DNA of 64,000 nt from Nitrosopumilus sp. (GTDB lineage Archaea > Thermoproteota > Nitrososphaeria > Nitrososphaerales > Nitrosopumilaceae), in NCBI GenBank assembly GCA_965197525.1, contig OZ240211.1, positions 1,888,001 to 1,952,000 of the forward strand. The letters run 5' to 3'. Made by a program: the position numbers and the translations under genes. The notes under the pieces were generated by a model. It was given only the letters and a program-made list of their open reading frames with translations, ran no database searches and was not told the DNA's origin. Positions 31,141 to 41,691 of this stretch are shown here, in pieces. Position 1 is the stretch's first letter. Each line of letters begins with the position of its first letter.

Positions 31141-31799
31141 GTTCAGAACCTTGGCAAGTGGTATATCGTGTTAGACGATGCTACTATTGATATGGACGAT
31201 ATTCCTAGGAGGGCATATATATTTCCACAGACTGAGGCGCTTACAGGCGGCGAGCGCCCTAGTTACAAAATGGGATCCGGAGACGACTCGGGCTCGTTTC
31301 GTATTATTGCCCGCAACCAACTGTGGATGAATTTGACCCCTGATAGAGACTTGTACACTGTCCACATTACTTATGGCGGATCGCTTGGCACCAACAACCA
31401 TCGTGTATATAACATAACGGTGACCAACGTAGACCCTGATTCTGCAACCGCTCCAATTGTCACATCGATCACAAGAAGCAGTCCCTCAGATGCAACAACT
31501 AGTAAGCAGGCACTAGTCTTCAAGGTCACGTTCAGTGAGAATGTCATCGGTGTGGACGCCAATGATTTTGTACTCTCTTCAGAGAGCACTGGAGCAGGTA
31601 GCGTGGTAAGCCTGAAAGGCTCTGGTAGCGTGTACTATGTGACAGTTTATGCCACGCAGAGAGGGACATACAACCTTGATCTTGTCTCATCTGGCCACGG
31701 CATAACAGATACTGCAGACAATCCCCTAACCAACACCGTCCCCGCCACCGGAACAGACCACACATATACTGCCAACATTGCAGCTGCAGACACTGCTGC

Positions 31800-34700
31800 C
31801 CCCACACTTGCATCAATCCAGAGAAGTAATCCTGCCGTCGCAAATACCAACAGCCAGACCCTGATATACGAAGTGACCTTCAGTGAGGATGTGAAAGGAG
31901 TGGATGCATCTGACTTTGTTCTGTCTTCTGATAGCACGGGTACTGCTGCTAATTCTGTAACCTCCATATCTGGTTCTGGCAGCCAGTACTTTGTGACAGT
32001 CTCTGCATCAAGTGATGGGACATACAACCTTGATCTTGTACAAAACCACGGCATCGAGGATTCGGCAGATAATCCTCTAACTGATACTGCCACCACTGGA
32101 GTAGACCACACCTACACGGTCAACACAGTACCTGCTGATACCACAGCACCAACACTCACATCAATTGAGAGATACAATCCTGTTGCTGCAACTACTGACA
32201 GCCAGACACTAGTCTACGAGGTAACCTTTAGCGAGGCAGTGACCGGTGTGACACAGTCTGACTTTGTTATGTCTTCTGATAGCACGGGTACTGCTGCTAA
32301 TTCTGTAACCTCCATATCCGGTTCTGGCAGCCAGTACTTTGTGACAGTCTCTGCATCAAGTGATGGGACATACAACCTTGATCTTGTACAAAACCACGGC
32401 ATCGAGGATTCGGCAGATAATCCTCTAACTGATACTGCCACCACTGGAGTAGACCACACCTACACGGTCAACACAGTACCTGCTGATACCACAGCACCAA
32501 CACTCACATCAATTGAGAGATACAATCCTGTTGCTGCAACTACTGACAGCCAGACACTAGTCTACGAGGTAACCTTTAGCGAGGCAGTGACCGGTGTGAC
32601 ACAGTCTGACTTTGTTATGTCTTCTGATAGCACGGGTACTGCTGCTAATTCTGTAACCTCCATATCCGGTTCTGGCAGCCAGTACTTTGTGACAGTCTCT
32701 GCATCAAGTGATGGGACATACAACCTTGATCTTGTACAAAACCACGGCATCGAGGATTCGGCAGATAATCCTCTAACTGATACTGCCACCACTGGAGTAG
32801 ACCACACCTACACGGTCAACCAGTACCTGCAGACAACACGGCACCAACACTCACATCAATTGAGAGATACAATCCTGTTGCTGCAACTACTGACAGCCAG
32901 ACACTAGTCTACGAGGTAACCTTTAGCGAGGCAGTGACCGGTGTGACACAGTCTGACTTTGTTATGTCTTCTGATAGCACGGGTGGTTCTGACACTGGTA
33001 CTGGTACTGGCCAGTTCACTCAGACCAACTCACCATCAACTGCCATAACAGGTGCTCAAGATGTTACTGATACTATAGCAGTGTCTAGTTCTGGAAATGT
33101 TGCATCAGTTTCAGTTGACCTAAACATTACTCATACATACATTAGTGATCTAAAGGTAGATTTGGTTGCCCCCGACGGTACAATCGAAACATTACACAAT
33201 CGTTCAGGCGGTAGTTCAGACGACATAATATCTACATACACACCAAGCTTTAATGGCACCTCAATATCAGGAACATGGACGCTGAAGATCAACGACGACT
33301 ATCCGTCTGCAGATGACGGCGTTCTGAACAGCTGGACACTCACAATTAATTATGGTGATACCACCGATGTCCCCAATCCTGTAACCTCCATATCCGGTTC
33401 TGGCAGCCAGTACTTTGTGACAGTCTCTGCATCAAGTGATGGGACATACGACCTTGATCTTGTACAAAACCACGGCATCGAGGATTCGGCAGATAATCCT
33501 CTAACTGATACTGCCACCACCGGAGTAGACCACACCTATACGGTCAACACAGTACCTGCTGATACCACAGCACCAACACTCACATCAATTGAGAGATACA
33601 ATCCTGCTGTTGCAACTACTGACAGCCAGACGCTAGTCTACGAGGTAACCTTTAGCGAAGCAGTGACCGGTGTGACACAGTCTGACTTTGTTATGTCTTC
33701 TGATAGCACGGGCGGTTCTGACACAGGTACTGGTACTGGTACTGGCCAGTTCACTCAGACCAACTCACCATCAACTGCCATAACAGGTGCTCAAGATGTT
33801 ACTGATACTATAGACAGTGTCTAGTTCTGGAAATGTTGCATCAGTTTCAGTTGACCTAAACATTACTCATACATACATTAGTGATCTAAAGGTAGATTTG
33901 GTTGCCCCCGACGGTACAATCGAAACATTACACAATCGTTCAGGCGGTAGTTCAGACGACATAATATCTACATACACACCAAGCTTTAATGGCACCTCAA
34001 TATCAGGAACATGGACGCTGAAGATCAACGACGACTATCCGTCTGCTGATGACGGCGTTCTGAACAGCTGGACACTCACAATTAATTATGGCGATACTGC
34101 CGTTACTGTCCCCAATCCTGTAACCTCCATATCCGGTTCTGGCAGCCAGTACTTTGTGACAGTCTCTGCATCAAGTGATGGGACATACAACCTTGATCTT
34201 GTACAAAACTACGGCATCGAGGATTCGGCAGATAATCCTCTAACTGATACTGCCACCACTGGAGTAGACCACACCTACACGGTCAACACAGTACCTGCAG
34301 ATACCACAGCACCAACACTCACATCAATTGAGAGATACAATCCTGCTGTTGCAACTACTGACAGCCAGACCCTAGTCTACGAGGTAACCTTTAGCGAAGC
34401 AGTGACCGGTGTGACACAGTCTGACTTTGTTATATCTTCTGATAGCACGGGTACTGGTACTGGTACTGGTACTGGCCAGTTCACTCAGACCAACTCACCA
34501 TCAACTGCCATAACAGGTGCTCAAGACGTTACTGATACTATGACAGTGTCTAGTTCTGGAAATGCTGCATCAGTTTCAGTTGACCTAAACATTACTCATA
34601 CATACATTAGTGATCTAAAGGTAGATTTGGTTGCCCCCGACGGTACAATCGAAACATTACACAATCGTTCAGGCGGTAGTTCAGACGACATAGTATCTAC

Positions 34701-35989
34701 ATACACACCAAGCTTTAATGGCACCTCAATATCTGGAACATGGACGCTGAAGATCAACGACGACTATCCATCTGCTGATGACGGCGTTCTGAACAGCTGG
34801 ACACTCACAATTAATTATGGTGATGCCGTTACTGTCTCCAATCCTGTAACCTCCATATCCGGTTCTGGCAGCCAGTACTTTGTGACAGTCTCTGCATCAA
34901 GTGATGGGACATACAACCTTGATCTTGTACAAAACTACGGCATCGAGGATTCGGCAGATAATCCTCTAACTGATACTGCCACCACTGGAGTAGACCACAC
35001 CTACACGGTCAACACAGTACCTGCAGATACCACAGCACCAACACTCACATCAATTGAGAGATACAATCCTGTTGCTGCCACTACTGACAGCCAGACCCTA
35101 GTCTACGAGGTAACCTTTAGCGAAGCAGTGACCGGTGTGACACAGTCTGACTTTGTTCTGTCTTCTGATAGCACGGGTACTGGTACTGGTACTGGTACTG
35201 GCCAGTTCACTCAGACCAACTCACCATCAACTGCCATAACAGGTGCTCAAGACGTTACTGATACTATGACAGTGTCTAGTTCTGGAAATGCTGCATCAGT
35301 TTCAGTTGACCTAAACATTACTCATACATACATTAGTGATCTAAAGGTAGATTTGGTTGCCCCCGACGGTACAATCGAAACATTACACAATCGTTCAGGC
35401 GGTAGTTCAGACGACATAGTATCTACATACACACCAAGCTTTAATGGCACCTCAATATCTGGAACATGGACGCTGAAGATCAACGACGACTATCCATCTG
35501 CTGATGACGGCGTTCTGAACAGCTGGACACTCACAATTAATTATGGTGATGCCGTTACTGTCTCCAATCCTGTAACCTCCATATCCGGTTCTGGCAGCCA
35601 ATACTTTGTGACAGTCTCTGCATCAAGTGATGGGACATACAACCTTGATCTTGTACAAAACCACGGCATCGAGGATTCGGCAGATAATCCTCTAACTGAT
35701 ACTGCCACCACCGGAGTAGACCACACCTACACGGTCAACACAGTACCTGCAGATACCACAGCACCAACACTCACATCAATTGAGAGATACAATCCTGTTG
35801 CTGCCACTACTGACAGCCAGACCCTAGTCTACGAGGTAACCTTTAGCGAGGTAGTGACCGGTGTGACACAGTCTGACTTTGTTCTGTCTTCTGATAGCAC
35901 GGGTACTGCTGCTAATTCTATAACCCCCATATCCGGTTCTGGCAGCCAGTACTTTGTGACAGTCTCTGCATCAAGTGATGGGACATACA
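31800..35989 (+). repeat. near-identical 348-bp Ig-like and ~720-730-bp Ig+P-domain coding repeats
   Basis: For example, GTAGACCACACCTACACGG at 32101 and 32449 (offset 348); four P-domain copies. Confidence 0.9.
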
Positions 35990-36336
35990 TGGTCGTTATA
36001 GTTTAGATACTTTACAGAATATTTTCTATTACGTTTACCAGTTTCCATTTTTTTAACTTCTGTAAAATTCACGTCAAGATCTTTAATCTTCTCTTTTAGT
36101 AAAGATTCTAATTCATTGGAGATATCACTGTTGCAAGTAAAATCACGATCTTCTGAAAATCTTACATCTGGAAAATATATCTTTTTGAGTGCAGTACCTC
36201 CCTTAAACACCATTTCAGATATTTCTGAAAATTCTGAAATTACAAACAACAAGACAGTCGCAGAATAATCTTTTTGGATAGTTTCTGCAAATACACCATA
36301 CTTGCCACCCAATGACTTCATTTCATCTACATCCAT
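35990..36336 (-). pseudogene. AbiEii/AbiGii-type nucleotidyltransferase toxin, 3'-truncated
   Basis: IQKDY, FKGGTALKKIY and RFSEDRDF motifs; after YLNYNDH the frame runs into surface-protein repeat DNA. Confidence 0.85.
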
Positions 36337-37085
36337 TTCTAATACTCCATCCAGCCAAGTAATTCATCTTTTGTTCTGTTAAGTATTAATCCATATTCTT
36401 TTGAATACGCAATTCTTGTTTTTGCAGTAGTAGGATCAAGAAAACTGTAAGGATATCGAGTTATTTCTTTTCTTATTTTTTCAGACAGATTTTTTTCTAC
36501 ATCAAGAACAGTTAACAGATAACCCAATCGACGTAACACTACATTAATCCCAATTTTTTTGGATAGTTGATAAACTTCGTTCCAATCAATTTCTTGTCGT
36601 ATATTCCACATTGCTTTTGTCACTTCTACTATACCGCCACAGTATTCGGGGTGAGTTAATCCATCAACAATTGTTTTTTCTTTTGAAGATATGTTAAAAT
36701 AACTATTTTTCCCTGTTATGTGTTCCACATACCCAAAAAATTTCTTTTCTGATATGGTGACAAATTGGAATTTTTGATTTCCAAATTTCAAGATGCGATT
36801 TTTCTTTCGTTTTGGAGTAGCAACGAAAACTGTGTAAGGTATTTGTTCTGTCATGTCCCAAAAATTCATTGCAGTCCAAAATCCAACATAGTATTCGTCA
36901 ACTAGTTGAGGTACAATTAACCAAGGATCCTCAGACCAATATCCCTCGGGACCGGCTCTTGTAGGGATAAGGAGATATTTTCCATTTTCGATTTCTTGTA
37001 ATCGTCTCTTTTTTTTCAGCCCTCCAATTACATTCCAGACAGCAGAATCCGTTCCTTTAAGAATATTTCTGGCATCATTGAAGGT

Positions 37086-38518
37086 TGTGGGATCCCGAAA
37101 GTAGTTCGCCCCTCTTCAAAACTTGGAGATGTTTGCATGTATGATGTTCTAGAGTGATGTATAACTGTCTTGTGCTAAATCCTACTGTACAATTCATGAA
37201 TTTTATTCATTTCCACTCCACGCATGGCAACTATTCAAAAAATTATGCATAGTATCCACTACTAAGGACAAAACATCTGTTTTAATGTCATAATGCTATT
37301 CTGCACTGTACTCTTGACCTGTTTGACTATCTGTCACCGTCTTGCCAGCAGGCGGCATCTTTCTCTTAAATGCCTGTACCGGAGTCTCTAGATTGTCCCA
37401 GTCAAGTGACATATGCGGTCTGTTGTAGTTGTACCATTCCATGAACCGTTCCACGGGATCCTTTGCAGATGCGGTGTAAAACGGTCCTCCTACACTAGAG
37501 TTCTCTGTTGTACCACGTCGAGTCTTGCCAGCTGAGGCATCTTCAAAGTGGCGTAGTTTGCGCTGTATCTCTCCGTGCAGACGTTCTAGTTTACCATTTG
37601 TCTGTGGATGTCGTACACGTGCCAATATGTGTTTGATGTCAAGTTCCACCAGTCTTTGTTCAAATTTGGAGGCACCCTTCTTCTTGGCCTCAGACTCTGT
37701 GGCATAGAACTGGGTACCGCGATCTGTCAGGATTGATGCAGGCTTGCCGTGATTTTTTATGGCCTCATCAAGTACCTTTAGGGCGTTTTCTGTAGTTGCC
37801 TCTGCAAATACACCAAAACCAGTCACAAAACGTGAAGCGTCATCCTGGTAACATATGAGCCATCTGCCATCGTCAAGATGTTTGAAATCAGTATGCCATA
37901 GGGAATTGGAGTAAGTTCGTTCCCACCTAACCCACTTGCGCCTCTTGCTCTTGTTTGGACTGGCATCTACATAATCTGCATCTTTCAATACTTTGTGTAT
38001 AAAGTTGTGCGCAATATACATTCCTACAGATGATCTTATGACGCGCTCCAAGGTTGCAGCTCCTCGAATCTCGTTTGCTATTGCTGAGAGAATCACCGAG
38101 TGTTCTAGTCGTCCGGGCGCACTCTTTTTGGGTCTTCCCATTGGGGCAGGATACACTATCTTGTCTGCATCTTTGTATCTCTTGTGCAGCTTTTGAACCC
38201 ATCTGACAGAGACGTTCATCTTTGCTGCAATCTCTCTGTTACTGGCAGTATTCTTGCGTTTTTCTCTGATAATCCATTCCACTTTGGACAAGTCAAGTTT
38301 TTTCATTACTCGTACTCTCCGTCTTCCTATATAACGCCACACAGTAGAGCGTCTCCATCTGCGGACCCACACACCGCTGTTTCCAGTAATGGACAAGTTG
38401 ACTGTGTCTTTCATAGATTTTACATGGGATGCCATGCCGCTGAAAAAATCAGTCATGGAACACGCCCACCTAGGCTATGAGCCTGATGTGAGGGGTGAAC
38501 TACTTTCAGGACAATACA
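37086..38518. mobile_element. IS481-family insertion sequence
   Basis: TGT...ACA ends, imperfect inverted repeats (GAAAGTAGTTCRCCCCTC core) and a 15-bp target duplication GGCATCATTGAAGGT at 37071-37085 and 38519-38533. Confidence 0.93.
37296..38456 (-). CDS. IS481-family (rve/integrase core) transposase; start probably at the ATG at 38306
   Basis: N-terminal HTH, WHTDFK, TDRGTQF, PQTNGKLERLHGE and YNYNRPHMSL motifs. Confidence 0.93.
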   Translation of the reverse strand: MTDFFSGMASHVKSMKDTVNLSITGNSGVWVRRWRRSTVWRYIGRRRVRVMKKLDLSKVEWIIREKRKNTASNREIAAKMNVSVRWVQKLHKRYKDADKIVYPAPMGRPKKSAPGRLEHSVILSAIANEIRGAATLERVIRSSVGMYIAHNFIHKVLKDADYVDASPNKSKRRKWVRWERTYSNSLWHTDFKHLDDGRWLICYQDDASRFVTGFGVFAEATTENALKVLDEAIKNHGKPASILTDRGTQFYATESEAKKKGASKFEQRLVELDIKHILARVRHPQTNGKLERLHGEIQRKLRHFEDASAGKTRRGTTENSSVGGPFYTASAKDPVERFMEWYNYNRPHMSLDWDNLETPVQAFKRKMPPAGKTVTDSQTGQEYSAE

Positions 38519-38638
38519 GGCATCATTGAAGGTAAAGATACTCATTTTCTTCGTTTCCAGACTGAACAGTAGTTTTGTTTCCTGCGGTCCTAGTCGTATA
38601 TCCTGTGTCACCATTCTCTCCTCTAAAGAGAGATTAGT

Positions 38639-40505
38639 CAGTTAGCTCAGAAGTAGATGAAATCTGGACACCTGCCAATGGAGAATCTGTGGCAGATCAC
38701 ATGTTTAAAACTAAGATGAAGATCATTCCATACCATCACACACCGTCTGAGTGTCAGAACAGTATAGCGTGTTACATACGATTCTCACAGGAGACAAAAA
38801 AGCGTGCAGATGTGAGTTGCAGGCTGGGAGGCGTTTCCATAGGTCTGTTGATGTGTCTCAGGAAGCGACAGCAGAAATCAAATGCGGTGTTGTTTGAATT
38901 CGGTGTTACAGCAGACAGTCTAGTGGGTTATTGCACATATGACATGGTAGTGACAATGTCACAACAAGCAACATCTTTGGAACCAGCAAGAGAGGCCCCG
39001 GGCGGCGGTTCTTCATATCTGCCGTTCCATGGAAGAGTGTACATCATTATAATTATCTTCATGTCAGTCTGCGTGATTTTAGGATAGATGCTCCTGCTAC
39101 CTGATACGGATTGATTGTTTGTCAGCTCGGCGTTTGCAAGAACCCAAGAGTTGAACAATACAAGTGAATACATAAAACACAGCGTCCGGACAGTGACGCT
39201 CCTGCTGCGCGTTCTTACCCTTTGGTTTTCTACCATTCTAAAACCCGTCTCTATCATCCATCTCTCAGCGTAGCGTTTGACATCGATGTCAAATCTGTTT
39301 GTGGCAAACGCAATGTATTTTTCTTCTGGTTTTTCCACACAAGATTTGTTCTTGCTCTTCTTCTTGCTCTTCTTCTTGCGTTCCGTTATGTGCATTACAT
39401 ACTCTACGTAATCGTTCTTGGATTTTGCTATACGAAACATGGATATTGCAGGACGCTCTCCTCTGGAAAACTCCTCAATGGCCCTTACGACATTGGCCGT
39501 GTTGACGCATGGAATCAGATAATCCACGCCTAGATCTCTTAACACCCTGATGACATCAGTGGAGAAGAACTCACGATCAAGCATGACTGTTCCAATCTTG
39601 GCACCTGTTTGCCTGCACATTGCAACTGTCTTGCGCACATAACATGCCGTATCCTCAAGTGCAGGCATGTGCAATAACGCAAGTGCCATCTGCATGCCGG
39701 GCTTGATACACTGCGCTGCAATATACCGCTCAAAACTGCCCGTCTTGCCCTTGCTCTTTGAGCGCACCAGTTCGGCTCCGTGCTTGCGATCCCAGCGTCG
39801 TATCAGATGCATATCTATGGCAATGTCTATTCGTTTTCCTGCAAATAATCCAAGCGATTGCAATCTGTCAAGATTGGCAGACATGGCCTTTTCAAGTGAC
39901 TTTGTCATGCCGTACGGATCAACCCTTAGACAGATGTTGGAAATCCACTCCCCGCACGGATACTCGCGGTGGCCTCTTGCAAGCATGTATGAGACTGTCT
40001 TCCATCTACGTACGGCCGCAGTATATCCGAATATTGAGACGTCAAGTGCTGCAGCTCCCATCATGATGGCATGAAAGACAGCAGGACCATATCTTGCGTT
40101 GGATTTTTTGGAGAACGGGATATTTGGATTGAACACGTCTTCTACATCCCTCATGACAGATGCACGCTGTCGTGGATTGTTTGCAAGACTGCGCTGCATG
40201 TTCTTTTTTAAGAGTGGGCTGTCAGTCATCTGGTACCACACCCCTCATCTCTTTACTTTGGTTAGATCTTTGTGCAAAACATATGCACCAGCTAGTTTAA
40301 ATCCAAATTTTGTTAGTTTAAAGTAGTGTTTGAGAATCCGTTCATGGTGGTTCATTGACGGATCATCTTACACTTTTTATTTAATATGCAATGTTGTATG
40401 TTTTAAAACAATTGCTAAATATTCCAGTGGTCTGTGCTACTTGTGACAATCTTCATAATACTTGCATACAATCATCCGATATTCTAGTTACTTCTGAGCT
40501 AACTG
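38639..40505. mobile_element. ISH3-family (IS4-like) insertion sequence
   Basis: Perfect 17-bp inverted repeats CAGTTAGCTCAGAAGTA / TACTTCTGAGCTAACTG and a 5-bp target duplication TTAGT (38634-38638, 40506-40510). Confidence 0.93.
38928..40241 (-). CDS. ISH3/IS4-type DDE transposase
   Basis: IAIDMH, MLDREFFS and YAERWMIETGFR motifs. Confidence 0.9.
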   Translation of the reverse strand: MWYQMTDSPLLKKNMQRSLANNPRQRASVMRDVEDVFNPNIPFSKKSNARYGPAVFHAIMMGAAALDVSIFGYTAAVRRWKTVSYMLARGHREYPCGEWISNICLRVDPYGMTKSLEKAMSANLDRLQSLGLFAGKRIDIAIDMHLIRRWDRKHGAELVRSKSKGKTGSFERYIAAQCIKPGMQMALALLHMPALEDTACYVRKTVAMCRQTGAKIGTVMLDREFFSTDVIRVLRDLGVDYLIPCVNTANVVRAIEEFSRGERPAISMFRIAKSKNDYVEYVMHITERKKKSKKKSKNKSCVEKPEEKYIAFATNRFDIDVKRYAERWMIETGFRMVENQRVRTRSRSVTVRTLCFMYSLVLFNSWVLANAELTNNQSVSGSRSIYPKITQTDMKIIIMMYTLPWNGRYEEPPPGASLAGSKDVACCDIVTTMSYVQ

Positions 40506-40726
40506 TTAGTTACATAAAAGTTGTTACATAAAATATATATGACTTATGTATCTCTTCTCTCTTGCAGTAGATAGAATTGTACTTTTTCCTAAATCCAACG
40601 TGACATTGACGGATCATCTTACACTTTTTATTTAATATGCAATGTTGTATGTTTTAAAACAATTGCTAAATATTCCAGTGGTCTGTGCTACTTGTGACAA
40701 TCTTCATAATACTTGCATACAATCAT
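40353..40726. repeat. 123-bp direct repeat (40353-40475 and 40604-40726)
   Basis: Two copies, identical by eye, at offset 251; one inside and one outside the ISH3 right end. Confidence 0.9.
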
Positions 40727-41005
40727 GTACTGTTAGTTACATAAAATATATATGTATGTATCTCTTCTCTTTTTGAAGTTCATGACTACAATAGGAAAAT
40801 TTACGCTCAAATTTACATTTCATAAAACAGATAGCGATGATTAGATGATATTATGTGCGTAGATCAAAGTTGCTATTCCAAATGTGTGTCCTATAGATAT
40901 ATGTCGATAGTAACCCACTCTTAGGTGATGTGATTCATTTGGTCATATCTGTAGGACATACTCCTATTCCGAATCTGATTTATAAGATTATTTCATTATT
41001 GATGT

Positions 41006-41638
41006 ATGCAGTTAACCAAGATTCTTCAAATCAAATCGTATGACAAAATAATCGAATTTCTCAATGAAGAGCACGTAGGACGTGTATCAAGCATTGATAA
41101 AAACGGATTTCCTCAAATCATTCCAATGAACTTTGTGTTCCTTGACGGTGCAGTCTACATGCACTCCCACACACGAGGTGAAAAACTCGATAACCTTACC
41201 CAAAACAGCAAAGTAGGCTTTGAGGCAGACAGAGAACTGGAATTCCTGCCTTCCTATTTTGCAGATCCTCATGATGCGTCTCTTGCTGATACATTGTACA
41301 TCAGTGTCGTAATCAAGGGAACGGGTACCATTGTTTCTGACAGGGAAGAGAAGACTGTTGCCCTAAACGGATTGATGGAAAAGTATCAGCCTGAAGGACG
41401 ATACGACCCTATCGAACCTGATATGAAGGTTTTAGATGCTGTAAGCGTCATCAAGATAACTCCAAAATCCATCTCAGGCAAATACAAGATTGGACAACAC
41501 ATGAGATCACAAGATCAGATGGACTTGGCGCAAAAGATCTTAGAGAGGAACTCTGCTACTGCACGCACCACTCTTAAAATTATGGGCTTTGAGCTAGTTG
41601 ATGGCAAATTAAAACTGGTTAAATCTCCTCTGTGGTAA
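41006..41638 (+). CDS. pyridoxamine 5'-phosphate oxidase-like flavin-binding protein (NimA-like)
   Basis: PQIIPMNFV, HSHTRGEKLDNL, YISVVIKG and ISGKYKIGQ motifs. Confidence 0.88.
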   Translation: MQLTKILQIKSYDKIIEFLNEEHVGRVSSIDKNGFPQIIPMNFVFLDGAVYMHSHTRGEKLDNLTQNSKVGFEADRELEFLPSYFADPHDASLADTLYISVVIKGTGTIVSDREEKTVALNGLMEKYQPEGRYDPIEPDMKVLDAVSVIKITPKSISGKYKIGQHMRSQDQMDLAQKILERNSATARTTLKIMGFELVDGKLKLVKSPLW

Positions 41639-41691
41639 ATTATTACTATTCTGAATATTGTGAACAAGGATATTTAATCCGTTTTTACATT

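Larger units (their letters stand above)
30058..35989 (+). pseudogene. giant secreted surface protein (BspA/DUF285 repeats, Ig-like repeats, 4 proprotein-convertase P domains); two frameshifts and 3'-truncated
   Basis: Signal peptide; LSGWDVSxVTDMxxMF repeats; TAPTLTSIERYNP...VTFSEAVTGV repeats; ITHTYISDLKVDL...GTWTLKIND...LNSWTL modules; frameshifts near 32820 and 33813. Confidence 0.88.
36339..38614 (-). pseudogene. AbiEi-type (type IV TA) antitoxin split by IS481
   Basis: The 5' piece 38614-38519 (MVTQDIRLGPQETKLLFSLETKKMSIFTFNDA) joins in frame to 37070-36339 (RNILKG...YYVGFWTAMNFWDMTEQIP...SSKEKTIVDGL), about 275 aa in total. Confidence 0.9.

Noticed and set aside
30541-35989. CRISPR-like or non-coding repeat arrays
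   Set aside because: Repeat periods are multiples of 3 and translate into recognisable protein repeats
38689-39087. 132-aa plus-strand ORF in ISH3
   Set aside because: Partly antisense to the transposase 3' end, with no motifs
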